Assembly: GCA_963575745.1 (NCBI GenBank)
Contig: CAUYUJ010000222.1
Span: forward strand, 1-64,000
Reading direction: 5' to 3'
From: Prorocentrum cordatum
Lineage: Eukaryota
DNA length: 64,000 nt
Shown here: piece after piece, positions 61,641 through 64,000 of the stretch
Layout: each line of letters starts with the position of its first letter
How positions within the stretch are numbered: the first letter of the stretch is position 1
Program-made: the position numbers and the translations under genes
The notes under the pieces: generated by a model
What the model was told of the DNA's origin: nothing
Seen by the model: the letters and a program-made list of their open reading frames with translations, nothing else
Databases searched by the model: none

Positions 61641-64000
61641 CATCCCTTTGCTTACTAATAACTCCTGTCTATCCCCCCCAGACGCGTAGGTAGAGCAAGG
61701 CGGGCGTTTCAATTTAGACGTCCTCGCTATTCATGATCCTGGAGCTTGGAAGTTGCATTACGTAGTTTCAAGGATGGAGGGCGGATGGTTTTCAAAAGGT
61801 GGTCCTCGCATTAGCGCCGCGCACATTTGTTTTCAAAGGTTGCAGCCATTTCCATGGAGGGCGGGTCATTTGCTAAATGTGACTCCCACCTTAGCGCCGC
61901 GCACATCGGTCTAGAGATGTGCGAGAAGGATGCAAGCCCCGTGGACGCCCGTGTCGAAGCCTTTCGAGCGGGGCTCGCCATCGAAAGTGGTGAAGGATGG
62001 ACCGAAGAGGCAAGGGTGCAAGGGTACACTTGGGAAGGTTACCCATCCTCACTGTTGCTGTCGACTGTGTGGGAGGGCCCAACGCCCTGGCGAGCCCGAT
62101 CGGCCACCCCTCGGTCCGTGCCTGGGGCGCTACACAGCCGCACACCTCGCGGCAGACCGTCCCCGCCAGAGGTCCACTCGCCACGCCTCTCCTCCCCTCC
62201 CGCCCCTCCGCTCCTCCCGCTGCGCAGGCATGGCAGTGCGCACTCGGGACGCTCTGCCAGGCCCCCCTGGCCGAGCTTCCCTGCACGAGCCACAGAAGGG
62301 CCGCCGGCATCGCGCACGCGGGCCGGGCGTGCACAAGTGCCTCCCGCGGTGCCAGTGGACCACGCCGCCCCCTCCTCTCTCGGAGATGGAGAAAGGAGGA
62401 TGGAGGAGGAAGTGAGCAGGAAGGAGCGAGCTGGAAGGAGGGAGCACAAAGGGCGCAGGGTGTACCACTGCAGAGACCTGCGAGAATCGATCCAAGCCTG
62501 CGCTGCATGAATAGGCGATCTTCGATGCGGCCCGAGTCCGCTCTGTGTAAGCACCGCCTGCTATCGTTAGGTCGGGCATGTCCTCCCACATGCGGATCTT
62601 GGAGGACAAATGAAGAGTAGTCCAAACAAATCCAGAACCAGTCTACAATAATCCAAAATCGTCCCCATACGATTGGTCGACTATTTTTGAATATTCCTCC
62701 GACTTGATGCTATCGCGATAACTCTGCACAAGGAGTGACAAAGGCCGCAAGGAGGGCCAGGGGGGGAGCGGAGGGGGGAGCGGGCGGGGCATGCTATTCT
62801 TAGGTCGGGCACGTCCTCCTACAGGCGGGTTTGGGAGGAACAGTTGAAAATACTCAAATAGATCATCAACAATAGCCCGAAATGGTAGAAACATCGTCCC
62901 CGCCTGTTTCTACTAGTTTGGAATATTCCTCCTGTAGAGGGACAGGCCCGACTTAATGATATTCCCCCCACCCGCCTGGATGGAGCAACAAGGTGCAGCT
63001 CGCTCTTGCCAGGGCCTTGCAGTCGCTCGGACGTCCATGTATTCCCTGTGCATTCTTCGATGTCGCGCGTGCTTCTTCTGCCGGATGCTCCAGGATGCTC
63101 CTCGATGGTCCTCGCCGAAGGAAAAGTGCACACGTCCAAGCGATGCCAAGTCTTGCCAAGCCACCTGCCTGACGTAGGCCCGTGGGCTGAGAGGCAGGCG
63201 CAGACGGGACCCTGGCGGAGTGCCACCAGACGGAGACCAACCCGAGCGAGAGCCGAGAGAAGAAAACACATCGCTGACAGACGCTGAGCGCACGCCACAG
63301 AATGGACGCTGTGCATCGCACAGCCCAGATACGGTAAAGTGATCGCTGCGAAAGGACGTTCAGCGCCCACACGGCCCAGAGATGGCAGCGGCGAGCAAGC
63401 TCGTGCCTGGAACGTTCCCCGATAACTCAGCTGCAGCCTGCACCCTCGGTGCCGAGGGTGGCCACGAGGGAGACTAGTTTAGACCTGAGCCTGCGGCAGT
63501 GCGAACGACGGAGAAGCTCCGGCCGAGACAGAGAGACAGAGACAGAGAAAGAGAGAGAGAGAGAGAAGCAGAAACACACAAGAAGAGCGTGGGCACTGGC
63601 CCTACCCAGACCCCCGACGTCATGATTTCTTCATGACGTCGACCCCCCGAGGTCTCGACCCATTCCCCGGGACCAGTTTTTCGTCCTGAGTCGTTTTCTG
63701 ACGGTCCCGAGGGCCGGTAAGGGCCCCCAAAGGCCAAAAAGATGAAAAACCTCCCGTCGTGATTTTTTCATAACTCGAGGGGGTCTGGGTATCCAGGAAG
63801 GGCCACAACCCCGACAGCAGGGGCCGCACCCCCCCTCGCCTCCCGGCGGAGGCCCCTGGCCGAGAGGCCGCCAGCCGTGGCCCCCGCCGAGAGGCTCGGC
63901 CGGGCGGGGAGAGCGCAAGCCAGCACCCGGAGCCTGGCGAGGCGCGCGCTCCGACGCGCTGGCAAGCGCACCCCACAGCGGACCGTCGCCCCCTGGCCGG

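Noticed and set aside
61740..62060. Possible exon (MEGGSFAKCDSHLSAAHIGLEMC) with a local ~85-bp duplication
   Set aside because: No recognisable family or supporting neighbouring exons.

Overview
Repeat-dominated eukaryotic DNA, almost certainly from a dinoflagellate. The evidence is four copies of the 22-nt dinoflagellate spliced leader (DinoSL, DCCGTAGCCATTTTGGCTCAAG): two perfect (30017, 40548) and two degenerate (24480, 32955). The high GC content and the (AGT)n/(GGA)n/(TA)n tracts suggest a Prorocentrum-like genome, which is inference only. One confidently recognisable gene is present: an SH3BP5/REI-1-family Rab11-GEF-like coiled-coil gene at 33034-34484. It sits behind an SL relic, so it looks like a retrogene, yet it is interrupted by two microsatellite-filled inserts. 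Each insert is bounded by a direct duplication of coding sequence and has GC/GT...AG ends, so both are candidate newly born introns. Other elements: two ~2.4-kb SL-headed retrocopies embedded in (TA)n; between them a ~3-kb inverted-repeat-bounded element carrying a 4x ~620-bp nested hairpin array; an SL-headed frameshifted retropseudogene; a decayed LTR-like element; a decayed non-LTR RT fragment; a frameshifted Cys-rich ORF; several MITE-like families; two 73-bp satellites; and three 100-N gaps. Most ORFs in the track are low-complexity or GC-driven artefacts.
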